From Bugula neritina (taxonomy: Eukaryota > Animalia > Bryozoa), in assembly GCA_964035545.1 (NCBI GenBank), contig OZ037765.1, positions 5,590,698-5,654,697 on the forward strand: 64,000 nucleotides of DNA. Reading direction: 5' to 3'. Positions 1 through 11,522 of the stretch are shown in pieces (positions within the stretch are counted from its first letter, which is position 1; each line of letters begins with the position of its first letter). Under the pieces are notes generated by a model. The model did not search any database. It saw only the letters and a list, made by a program, of their open reading frames with translations, and was not told the DNA's origin. The translations under genes and the position numbers were made by a program.

Positions 1-1189
1 AAGCTTGCAGGTAAAAATTATTTAACAATACTTGCTAACTACCAAAAGAATGAACTTAAAGCTTTGAAACATGGCAAGCAGTGTTCCAAAGAAAGTTTTT
101 TAGTTTATTTATTAAATACTAGGAAGAGTAAAGCAGCCATCATGTTTTCTTGTTTACTCTAAAACCAAAAAAATAAAAATGTTAAAACATGCATTAAAAC
201 TAGTTTCATTTTGTCAATGATATTGAAAAATTTACTACTCTTTATTGTGGTTTTTTGTTATGAAACTAATATATTTTTCAATTTATATCAACAGTATTGC
301 TATGTTGATTTGCACCCTAAATTTAGTGGACTCTTATATTCCAGCACCAATAATGTTAACAAAAAATCATTCAAAGAGCATAAATATTTTTAATAAAATT
401 AAATTTCTAACAAATAATTGATGACAGTATCAATATAGCTGACTATATAATGTCTAATGCAAGTAACTTGCAGAATTTCACTACATATATTGTGACATTT
501 TAGTGCCATTTCCTTCATAATAAATGATAATCAATAACAACATATATATGGCAATGCAAATATTCATCATAATCAGTAAACCTAATCCATACGCTATCTA
601 ATAAAGCACAATCAAGAATTTTGGAGCATTGCATTGACAAAAATATTTTGTAAATAAAATATTCATTTTAATGATTTTAGATAAAACTAAACATTTTGCA
701 GCTTTATAAACATGATTATCTATCAATATAGCCATGTTTAATAGCACTTGATTCATATTGATAATGATACTAGAGGTGGTGGCAAAATTAAAGAACATTT
801 AGCACATAAAATCAGTTACAAAGACAGTCTGACAGCTTACTAATATTATTCAAGACTAAAGTTAATAACTTCAGAGAGACATTAGGACTGGAAGCAATAA
901 TCTATAGCCATAATAAAAATTGCCAATATTTTGCTGTTGGTAGTAGGGGTGTAACATTAGCAGTAGTAATTTTTACAGCTATAAAATTTAAGTGCAAGTT
1001 TGAGTAACACGGCTTTATATTTACACTAGTAAATATAATTAATAATAGTTATTGTATTAATTATTTGTATTAGTATAACTGTAAGACTGAGTGTTAAACT
1101 TTAATTATCAGCTTGGCTTTAATATGTAATTTTGAATCTAAGTAGTGCTTTTCAAATCTTCAAGTCAATAGACTGAATAGCCTATAGCA

Positions 1190-1720
1190 GTTATACTAAA
1201 ATTATATGCATTGCGGTGTCATAATCACTAGGTCTAGTGCTAGTGGTATTAGTATAACTATAAATATAGACTAAAATATTAATATTATAATTAATCATAA
1301 CCATACTGATAATCTTAATCAGATAATCATAATAATAATGAATATCAATATGATAACCTATTTGAGTTTTGACTATTAGCATTACTATTACTTTTAGTTA
1401 TTACTATTAGTATTAGCACTACTAGTACTACTAGTATAAGTATAAGTATAAAATTAAAATTATGTATAACTATTACTATAAGTATAAGTATAGGTAAAAT
1501 TAAATGTAATAAAGTATAACTATAACATTAATTTTAACATTATCATTATCATTATGATTATAAACATAAACAAAGTGAAAGTATACTGTATAAGGTATTA
1601 GCATCATCAAAGTATTAACAAAACAATTTTGTAAATCGAGAGGTGCAATAAGTAAAACATAAATTTAAAAGTAAAATAATTGATTGTGATAATTGCAATA
1701 AATATAATAATTATAAATCA
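1190..1720. repeat. Degenerate hexamer-periodic low-complexity tract (ANTNWN)
   Basis: Runs such as actattagtattagcact, agtataagtataagtata, attatcattatcattatgatt. Confidence 0.7.
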
Positions 1721-1739
1721 TAACGCCGAGATTTAGAGA

Positions 1740-2075
1740 CAAAAGGCTATGACTGTTGAGTGTTGTATACGGAAGTTACCAGTAGGCCTTTTTCTACATT
1801 TAGTACGAGGTCCTAAAAAACCTTCTGTGCTTGTACTACGTATGGTTACAAAATCAGTACATGTGGAGTAACCAGGACTATGCAGAACTAGGCAAATTGT
1901 GCCTTTTCAGAAAAAAATAGCTGACGATCTTAAAACGAAATATACATGTATGACTAGTTATTTCTACCAGGCACCCAACTTTTGGTGAAACTTTTATTCT
2001 CGAACCTTGAGTCTGCTGACATGTTATGATCACGTGCATAAAGTTTTAGTAGTTGGAGTGGCGCGTTAATATAAC
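1740..2075. promoter_or_regulatory. Putative RAP1 promoter core, probably bidirectional
   Basis: CpG-richer island in AT-rich DNA with ETS ACGGAAGT at 1769-1776, E-box CACGTG at 2031-2036 and E2F-like GTGGCGCG at 2058-2065. Flanked on both sides by hexamer-periodic tracts. Confidence 0.45.
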
Positions 2076-2084
2076 TCGTTGAAT

Positions 2085-2790
2085 ATTATAATTATATTAT
2101 CAACCATAACTATGATTGTAAAATAGTGGTAAAACTAAAAGTAAAAATCGTTCATGATGCAATTAAACGTAAATTGTCATAATGGTTTTGGGTATCAGTA
2201 AAACTAAAAAGCCTTATATTTTAATTTTATTATTAAATTTAATTTCATAAGTATTAGTATTAGTATAACTCATAATCATAATGATAATCCATAGAGATAG
2301 AATTAATACACTCGTGGCTCGACTCCGTAGTCACTGTGACTGTCAGTTTGAGTTAGTGTGAGTGTGACAATCAACAGAATATCAGTATCAGTATGAATAA
2401 TACTAATAGTAATACTAATACAGTAAATGTAATAGACTAATACTAATAGTAATAGTAATGTAATACTATTACTATTAGTATTAGTATTACATTACTATTA
2501 GTATTAGTATTACTATTACTATAACTATAAGTATAACTAATACTATTACTAATAGTATTAGTTATAGTAATAGTAATACTAATAGTAATTACTATTACAG
2601 TATTAGTAATACTATTAGTAATACTTATACTAGTAGTAGTAGTAATAGTATCAATATCATACTGACAATTTAAATATTTCACTCTTAGACTCAGTCACAG
2701 TTAGTAAGTGAGTTAGTGTTACTGTTAGCAGTGTGAGTGTGCGCGTGACATCACTTATTCTTATACTTTTAAACTAAAGACAAAGTTAAT
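2085..2790. repeat. Degenerate hexamer-periodic low-complexity tract (ANTNWN)
   Basis: Densest at 2380-2660: (agtatt/actatt/agtaat/actaat)n. It produces the spurious Ile/Thr/Ser/Asn ORF at 2443-2682. Confidence 0.8.
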
Positions 2791-3383
2791 GTTATCTGAT
2801 GCTTTTTGTTTTTTATTTTAAACTATTTAATATTTATAAACTTATCAAGTTGAACTATAAGCTTGAACTTTGATAGTTGTGATATCGTCCTAGATATCTC
2901 ATACAATAAATAATTTTAATATTATTATCATAGGCAAATTGTATAAAACTTGGTTGGTACTTTTTGGTATCACAATTTCAATTGGGATGCAGCAACTCAA
3001 TTCCAGTTTTAGACCAATATACTTTTAAATTTATAATCATTGCTCTAAGTCTATCATAGGTGATGCGATTCAGGTTCTAGTTCATGGGTTGTATGCTGCA
3101 AATTACATTAACATGGAAGTTAAGAAACAAATTGTTGTTTTTTCTATGTTATTATTCATGGGCCATGGTGTACTTTTGGGCTAAATTTTAAAGTCAGTTA
3201 CTTGGAAATCTACTTGAATACATTTGTCTTAGCCTAACTTGTATATCTTGTGATATGTATCACACTACAGAACGTTATATTGCTATCCTCTGTTGAAACA
3301 AACAAATAAAACATATATGGTTCGTTTGGCTTTGCTGTTAGTTTGCCTGCAATAAAACTTTTGCTTTAATAACTAGCACAACC

Positions 3384-6300
3384 ATGGCGAGTGATCTACC
3401 TGCAGATGGCAGTGACAAGCCCACTTTATTTCAGCGTATGACTTTCTACATGATACCTTGCAAACAAAAAGGACATTTCGTTAGTATTATAAATGTAAGT
3501 TTTGTACTCATTCCTTTACTGATATTCTTCAATCTTTCAATGCGTATGTTTGTATTACATTGATCGCTAAAAGATGTAGTGTTGTTATTAGAAGCATGGA
3601 GGGGAGATGGTACGGCGGAGAAATGAAGCTGAATATCTGTGAGTTATGTTATTATACAGTTGCTTTATTTCAGTAGTTACACAGCATATAATATTGATGG
3701 TTATTATCATGTGACCTGAAGATTTTCTGCACAATTTGTTTTTGATATTTTCGGTGGGTTCTTAAGAAAAAGGCACATGCGTTTCCTTTTGCATTTCTCA
3801 ATACAACTAACTGTGGTGCTGCTATTTGGTATCTTAAAAAACTTGTGTAATTTTATTATTTTTTTCAAATTGTCTAAACATTTTGAGGTGAAAGCTTTTG
3901 GGAGAAAAAAGAAGGGTTTAAGTAGTTTACTTCAGTACAATTATATGTGTGACTAATTCATTACTCTATGTCATTTATTCAATTCTAGAATTCTTTCTGC
4001 ACAATACATAGTTTGACTGATATTTTAACAAATTCTAAACGAAGCAACTGGTATTCTGGTATTTTTTATTGTAATTTGAATATGAAAAAATATTTCTAGT
4101 GCCGCTTCTCTACAGTTTTTCAATCTTTTAAATGTTTGTTTTATAATGGATGTTGGTGTAGGACAATGCTCTACAGTCTACTTGAATATTTATAATATAA
4201 ACGCATATGGGAGTTATGTTACCAACATATATCTCTTTCAATGATCAGGTTGCTTTAAACAAAATTTCATATTAGTGATGCAGAAAGACTTCACTGCTAT
4301 ACTTTACTACTTCATGTAGTGGCAGTATTCACCTTTAGCTAATTCGGCCAAGTCGTCTGGTGTAGAATGGATCTGTAGTGACCAGATTTCTGATTTAGGT
4401 TGTATTTACCTGGAGACATCGTGTCAAACCCCAACCAAGTCAGCACATCGTTTATTACTGACAGCATTGCGGCAGGGAAACTACTAGACGTAGAGTCATA
4501 CAGGTTGGTAGGCAGCGGATAGTATCAAATTATACTCTAGTTGACTCAGTATAATTATTTTGTAAAAAAATCTAGCAGCAGCTGGCAACTATCATCTGCT
4601 GCTTTATAAAACTTTAAATATGATTTTGTGCTATTCAAAATTATTAAAAATCCTACAACTTATATAAATAATACTTCTGAATTTTAAAAAAAAATTGCCA
4701 TTATTTACAAAATTGTCATAATCAACTTGTATTTCAATCATTTTGAAATGTTGTCCTATCTAAAGCTGATGCTAAGTGTTGATGCATTAAATTGAATTTG
4801 ACACTTTACAATCTGGTGGTTCACAGATACCCGGTTAGATCGGTGGTTGAAAAGGAAGAGGCTGCTCGAACAGCCACAACTCAAGCTCCTGATTTCATAG
4901 ATTTCCCTGAAACACTTGGCACCACTCCCTCAGAAGCCATAATGCAGCAAACCAATGGGTTAGTTTTATAGTAAATATTGCAAATAAACGAAGTTTCATT
5001 GAAGTTCGCGCAATTGTTTACCTACCTGGTACAACTTTTTAAGATCTAAGAAAACAAGAGCCACTATGAAATCAAGTTTAGGAGACGTGCAACTTTAAAT
5101 CTTTATTTTAATTGTAGTCTAGATATTTTACAAATTTTATATTAGTACATAAATGTACCTCGTCAGTCCTGCTGTGAAGGTTGTATGTGCTTTGGCTGTG
5201 TAGTGGAAGGCGTGAATACACAGTGGCTGAAGATACAGCCATTATTGAAGCAGTTCTCAAGGAGTCCAAACATTACAGTATAAATGGAAACAACCTGTGG
5301 GAGATTTTAGCTTCTCGTCAGGTAATTGAAGACATTTTACTATACACGGAAACAATTCGGCAAATATGATTGTTATATAGAATCTGAGTGCCCTTTGTAT
5401 AATATAGTGTCATATAATAGCTATGTGTGAACTTTTTTCTTTAGAAAAAGATACAGTGTGTATTTTACTACAAATGTTTTTATGTTATGGTTTTAACGAT
5501 CATTTAATATATTTTTTGCAAAAATCATTCAATATCTTGTTATTTCATGATTGAAAACCATGGGCATAGTGTTGCATTGTTTTTATTTTTTCAACAAATT
5601 TATCATTTGAAATGATGATTCAATGTATATTTAATTTATCAAATGAAACTGAAGTTGTGTATCACATGATCTAACTATTTAATAGATGCTTCAACGTTCT
5701 GCTCAGTCGATGAAAGAAAGATTTCTTAAAAAGATTCTGCCATTTATTGACAGATATGATATCTCTAGCACTGAGTTGAAGAAACTTCGAACCATAACAT
5801 CTACTAAAACAAGTATGCGTGTGTGTGCTTGGTATTTTTCTTTGTCTTTTCATTTTATTTATGTTTGAACATCGCCCTTATTTAAATAATGATGTATGCT
5901 GAATTTTGCCAAATCTGATCATACATTTAGTGACCATTTATGAGAATTTTATAGTTTTTGTTGGTATCAATACAGTTGTACATTGTAGAAGTTGCAGCTA
6001 GAAACTTGGGCAGGGCCCGACTTGATAACAGTCTGCCTTTCATCAAAGCCTCTTCAACTGCTTCCAGTTCTTATAAAATTTCTTCGTCCTCGTCAGATGA
6101 TGGTCTCGATCTTACCATATCAACCAGGAATGCTGTTCGCAAGCGCAAAGTACCCTTGGCAGTGCCTAATTCAACCTCTCAAAAAATTAGCCTGTCTCCA
6201 GTTGCCAACTCCACAGAAAAACAATCATCTCCACAGCTGAAACCTAGTTCAGGAAAAGCCGTCTCAAGCAGTAATAAAGTGAAAAAGGGTGATAATCGGT

Positions 6301-9174
6301 GTAACGAGTCACCTACTAATGAGTCATGCATATCAGCCAGCCAATCACCAATCATTGATCAAGATGTTGCTTCTTCTCCAAATCAACCACTTGCTAACTT
6401 TTCTACACCAATGTAAGTTGTGAGATTTAGAGCTTTGTTCATTGTTACTACCCTATCGGCAGTCATTTAACATACAGTGTTGTGTTCTGGTGTCTATCTT
6501 GTAGAGTTGACAACTCCCAGTTGCACTCAGCAGGTATAACGGCTCACTCCTCTTTGCTCAAAAATGGAGGTGAGGCGCCTTTATGTTTACTAATTTTATG
6601 GTTGCTAAATATTCATTTGTTTATTAGTGTCAATGTTTTGTTTTTACTCACAGAAACTTCACAGCTGGAGCTTCTGAACCGACTGGAGGCAAGTCACGCC
6701 ATGGTCATGTTATCCGATTGTCCTGAGAACCAGCGAAACACATCTCAGCAACTAACGTCGCCTTCACCGCACAATTCCCTGGTTCGGAGGTCAACTGTGG
6801 TCACAGAAATACACCCTGTTGGCGTGAATAGCCCGGGTCTTCAGGAAATTGTCTTTGAAACACCACCAAATGTTCAGCTAGTGGAAGGCAGCAAATCGTT
6901 AGAGACATCTGTTACGTCAGAGGGCACAGATTGTGAAGACTTTTGGCCATGTTCAACGCCCCCTGAAACCCCAGATCAGTCCGTAGTTCTACCTACACCT
7001 TCCAAAGATGGTGAAGTCATTGTGCAGTTACCTCCGACGGAACCGGAACCATCGCAAGCTGTAGGCAGCCAGCTCTCGTGGTCAACATTTGACTTGTGCA
7101 GTCAATCGCAAGAGGCTCGTCTTAAGTCAGCCGACCCCAACCCTGACCTTCCAAGACTTAACGCTGACTTAAATAATATCACTAGAGATCACGCTGAAGA
7201 TTCCGATGAAGAAGTAGTAAATTTTGCAGATTTATCGAAGAAAATATCTTCTGCTATTAGACGTGATGATATTATTAACTCACCAAACATACCTCAGTTC
7301 AATACTGAGATTATACTAGATAAGCAGCGTCGAAGTAGTGGTAAGGGTAAACTTGACGCATCCGTTACTTCCTCAACGCATCCTGAAGGCGCTCTCATCG
7401 GAGACAAGACAGGGTTAAGTAGTGACATTGAAACCAAGTCATGTGATGAGGTTTTACCAGCTACTCCATTTAAGCAGCTCGTGGTTTCTTCGCCAAATGC
7501 TCCTGAACGGCTGAGCAACTTGCAAAAAGTTCTTTTCGCACCTATGAAAGAATCTCAATTTACGGACGCTAATTCCACTCTGTCGTCTCAACCAACTACC
7601 TACGTGTCCTGTGGAGCAGAGGGAGAATGCATCGGGGAGTGTTCTGATAACACAATAGTTCTTGAAGTAAGTGCAGGCATGCCGTCTTAGAGGACATTAT
7701 GTCAATTCATACACCCTTCCAAAAAACATTAAAGTTCTCACTTGCTACAATTGCTACATTTATGAATAATGCTTTTCACCTGCATTTCTTTCATTGCTAG
7801 CATTTTTTGAAAACTTTTCGAGAAAATTGTTGTTGAAAGTGTTTAGTTTGTTGCTAACAGCATCAATTCTGTATGCCAAAGCAGTCAGCTGAATTCATTC
7901 TGATTTGTTAAGCACGCCGACACTTGTTGCAGGCTGACACCAGCAGTATGGTGAAAGCAGAGACACTCTGTCAAGGTACTTGTGAAACTGTAGGCAGCAC
8001 CAGTGAAGCTGTTTCTACAAACGAAGGTGCTGCCAATCTTCAGGTAGAGGATTGCACTGAATGCACTAAAGCTTCAAAGGTATGTCAAATAGTTTGTAGG
8101 TATTTCTAACCTGACTGTGACATACACTTGAGATATCACACTTGAAGACTTAGTACTCCAATTAACATATCTAGTCATGTAGCACAACTTTGTTTAAATT
8201 TTGTCATTTCAAACACTAAGGATATATTAAAAATAAATGAGAAACTTTTTTTGTTCACTACTTGATTTGTCCAAATAAATAGCGTAAACTTATATTTCAG
8301 ATGCAGCTGTATCCATCTTCAGAGTTAATATCATTCAGTTAACTGTGAAGATGGATACGTTGGTATCCAAAATATAAGTTTACTTTATTCAGATAAATAA
8401 AGCAATCAACAAAAAACTATTATTTATTTGTTTTCTATTAAGTTATTAGCTTGTAAGGATATAATAACTTAGTGGTTGATCCTGATAAGTTGCATGTCAT
8501 TTATTTGCATCTGTCTGTCGCAGGATCAGCTAGAACTATGTCGAGTTCATTTACTCAAATCTCAGCCCATTTATTCAAAACTCATGCAAGATTACGGAAT
8601 AGAAGATTCTGCGCTTTTTGCTTATGCCTGTGCATTCAGTGCTGACTGGGAACTGCTGGAACAGCATTTCAAGTCTGGTCAGTATCTTACGTGAATAACT
8701 TTGTAATAGAATATTTCTTGCTTCTTTTAGCCACAAATACATTTTTGAGTATTAATATGTTTAAGACCATATTCACCACTTTGCTGTCACTTGAGGTCAT
8801 CTTAACATATACTATAAGGAACATCTTTAAACCCCTGCAAAGTTACTCCTGAATAAAATTAAAATTGGTAGAAGTTAATAAACTATAATTCAAGTTATGT
8901 TAGCCTGTGCTTGAATGAAGAAGGTTTTACTGCATGAGCCATATGCGGACAAAAACTGTAATATAATAATTATACAGGATTGCAAGTTGGGCGACCTTGG
9001 ACTCAAAAACATGACAGGATGTTGATGAATCCCAACTTTAGGAAGAAAAATTTGAAGGAGCTGCGCAAACTGTTTAGTACCAGAGAAATTGATAGCAGAA
9101 AGAAATTTTTGCTGAACAATGTGCTACTGACCGCCAAGGAACGTGAAGTACTGTTAGGGATGACCTATACCTAA
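3384..9174 (+). CDS. TERF2IP: Telomeric repeat-binding factor 2-interacting protein (RAP1), about 879 aa, 12 coding exons
   Basis: GT-AG exons in consistent phase: 3384-3494, 3592-3638, 4399-4503, 4827(or 4839)-4958, 5204-5321, 5686-5812, 5989-6412, 6505-6569, 6654-7666, 7933-8079, 8524-8677, 8978-9174 (sum 2640 nt). N-terminal BRCT-like region (..VSTSFITDSIAAGKLLDVESYR). RAP1-type Myb domain (GRREYTVAEDTAII..INGNNLWEIL..RSAQSMKERFLKKI). C-terminal RCT-like end (GRPWTQKHDRML..FSTREIDSRKKFL). Confidence 0.85.
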
Positions 9175-9929
9175 ATCTCATTAAAAGATTGAACATGTAG
9201 ATGTAACGCAATCATGGAGAATGCTTAGTATCACTCCCAGCGTTGATGGTGTATATTGTATATAGTTCACTGCTTTGAAACCAGTATGCCAGGGTTGGTG
9301 TAACTAAGAATATCCTCCATGGTTGTTGATAGCATAGGGAATAGTGTTGGAGCATTACAAATATTATAGTGAGAAATCCTACTGGGTTGTCATTGTCTAC
9401 CAGATAGCTACAGCTGTAAGTGTATTACTATGTAACTGCTAGTGTAACAAGTCAATTACCTGCATAAATTTTATTATTTTCTCTATATTATAAAGATTTT
9501 TTTAATAATTACAGCTCACTTTTTCAAGAAAAAATATTGCTTTTATATAGTTTAATAAATTTCATATTCGAACATATGTCGATTGAACAAATGCCAACTG
9601 TAGTTGATAATTACACACAATCTGAATCTTGCAAACCAAATAAATGTATCATTGTACTTCAGTGGTGAAGCTCCATAGCTGGTAGAGTGAGGTTGGCAGT
9701 CGAAATGGAACTAATAACTTATGTCATTTACCACCTAACCTGTAGCCCACACTGTAAAACAAATGAGACACTTCTATAACCTTGAGTGTTTCTAAGTGTT
9801 CTAGTTTTCAAAGGTATGCCAATGTCAGAATTATACATTACGCACTTGGAGCATGAAAATTAGTATTTCCTTTTTAGTTCTAAGAAGTTATTTACACCAT
9901 GACTGTTAGTGTTAACTAAATAACTTCAA

Positions 9930-10530
9930 CTCAAACTTCGCATTATAACTCCATAACACAATCAATATGAATATCCATCAATTTATCTATGTGTCGGTGT
10001 GTGTGGTTTTTTAGTCAATTTGTATTACAAATATGATTGAGGCAATAATCAAAAACCGTAGGCGTAGGTAAAAAAATGAGAATGTTAGAACTAATACTAA
10101 TAGTAAAACATACAAAAGTCAAAGAAATACAAATTGAAACTGGACAAGACTGAACTTCAACTTGAATGCACGACTAAGAGTAAGTATTACAGCATTAGTA
10201 TTACTATTGGCATTAGTCTTAGACAGATAACAAAGAAAGTAATACTTTATAGTTTATACTCATAGTGATAGTTAATGTTATATAATATACAAAATCCTAT
10301 TGGTAATGATAGTATTCGAATATGGATAGTCAGTTGCAGTAGCGATCGAGACTGAGCAGTCGAGGCCATTGAGTTGAATTTGCACGCTCACTTTCAGTTT
10401 GAGTCTTAGTCTTTGCACAATGATAAATGAATACGGTGGCCCTGTAAAGGGCCGTTACTGTTAGTGTTAGGTATAAACTTTGCAACTTGAAGATGCTTAT
10501 ACTTATAGCCATTAATAAATTATATACATT
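9930..10530. repeat. Degenerate hexamer-periodic tract downstream of H2A.X
   Basis: actaatactaatagtaaa, agcattagtattactattggcattagtctt, actttcagtttgagtcttagtctt, gcttatacttatagcc. Confidence 0.55.
10438..10453 (-). terminator. Histone 3' stem-loop (variant loop)
   Basis: Minus strand reads AAC-GGCCCT-TTAC-AGGGCC-ACCG about 104 nt after the H2A.X stop. It matches the metazoan AACGGCYCTTTTCAGRGCCACCA consensus except at loop position 3 and the last base. Confidence 0.85.
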
Positions 10531-10556
10531 ACAGTTCCATTTTGACTTGGTAGCAT

Positions 10557-10958
10557 CTAATAATCCTGACTTTGAGACGATTCCTTCTTTTTAGAGCCCG
10601 ATTTGCTAGGTAAAAGAACAGCTTGTATATTAGGCAATACGCCGCCTTGGGCAATAGTGACTCCAGAGAGTAACTTATTCAGCTCCTCATCGTTTCTAAC
10701 TGCTAATTGCAAGTGTCGAGGGATTATTCGAGACTTCTTATTATCTCTTGCAGCATTCCCTGCCAACTCTAGGATTTCTGCTGCCAAGTATTCCATTACT
10801 GCAGCTAAATAAACAGGTGCTCCAGCACCTACCCTCTCAGCATAATTTCCTTTTCTTAGAAGTCTATGTATCCTTCCTACAGGAAATTGCAAACCTGCCC
10901 GAGAAGACCGAGTTTTACTTTTGCTTTTAGTCTTGCCACTTTTGCCTCTGCCAGACAT
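10557..10958 (-). CDS. H2AX: Histone H2A.X, intronless, 133 aa
   Basis: Canonical H2A core ([52 protein letters not shown]) and a C-terminal SQDY-stop motif diagnostic of H2A.X. True ATG at 10958; the ORF track extends two codons further upstream. Confidence 0.97.
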   Translation of the reverse strand: MSGRGKSGKTKSKSKTRSSRAGLQFPVGRIHRLLRKGNYAERVGAGAPVYLAAVMEYLAAEILELAGNAARDNKKSRIIPRHLQLAVRNDEELNKLLSGVTIAQGGVLPNIQAVLLPSKSGSKKKESSQSQDY

Positions 10959-11522
10959 GATCACCGTTGGTAGTAGTTGTTTAGGGTAACACGTTCAAAT
11001 GATCAGAGTGATTTGATGTTTTTGGCGCTAATTTACCCGCTTATATACAATAATAAGAATCACGTGACGTAACTGTTGATTAGAAGTTGATTTTATATGC
11101 AGCTCTAAGTTGGAGGTGAACTCCACTTCTTCACTCCCAATTTTTAGCTGTTTATAGAGCTATTTAAAAGTAGCGATTATTTTTTATTACTTTGTTCTGA
11201 GCCGCTTAAGAAATGTTTGAGAAGATGACTCTGTATTTAGAAACAGCAAACCAATTCATCTTTAATAGTTTGAAACACACACGCTAGTAGGTAATGATAT
11301 GTGGGTCATAGATATGCAAAATATAGCGTGCAGCTCGTGAGCTTCGTAGTTTCTCCTCTTCGACGTTGTGCAGAAGCTATACTAAATTATCTGTATTAGT
11401 ATTTGTAAAACTACATACTGATACTCCTAGTGATTTAGGTCTTCATTTTAAATTTATAAACAATTTTGATAGTTTTATGGTTCTCTTTTTATTTGGACGC
11501 CGCTGCATGAATTTTTCTGATT
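10959..11522. promoter_or_regulatory. Bidirectional H2A.X / DPAGT1 promoter
   Basis: 564 bp between divergent start codons. Minus-strand TATATAA at 11041-11047, E2F site TTTGGCGC at 11021-11028, CHR TTTGAA (minus) at 10994-10999, and E-box/CRE TCACGTGACGT at 11060-11070. Confidence 0.7.

Noticed and set aside
1-1700. KARS1 or other coding exons on the minus strand
   Set aside because: No recognisable protein motif or convincing spliced frame; the short ORFs look random.
2443-2682. 79-aa Ile/Thr/Ser/Asn-rich ORF (and similar ORFs at 58527-59034 and 62190-62478)
   Set aside because: Translation artefacts of the periodic or minisatellite DNA; no splice or homology support.
4274-4393. C/D snoRNA-like GTGATG...CTGA in a RAP1 intron
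   Set aside because: Imperfect C box, D box only 5 nt from the acceptor, and no recognisable rRNA guide.
10603-10930. Plus-strand ORFs antisense to H2A.X (and other antisense ORFs over exons)
   Set aside because: Shadows of the real coding frame.
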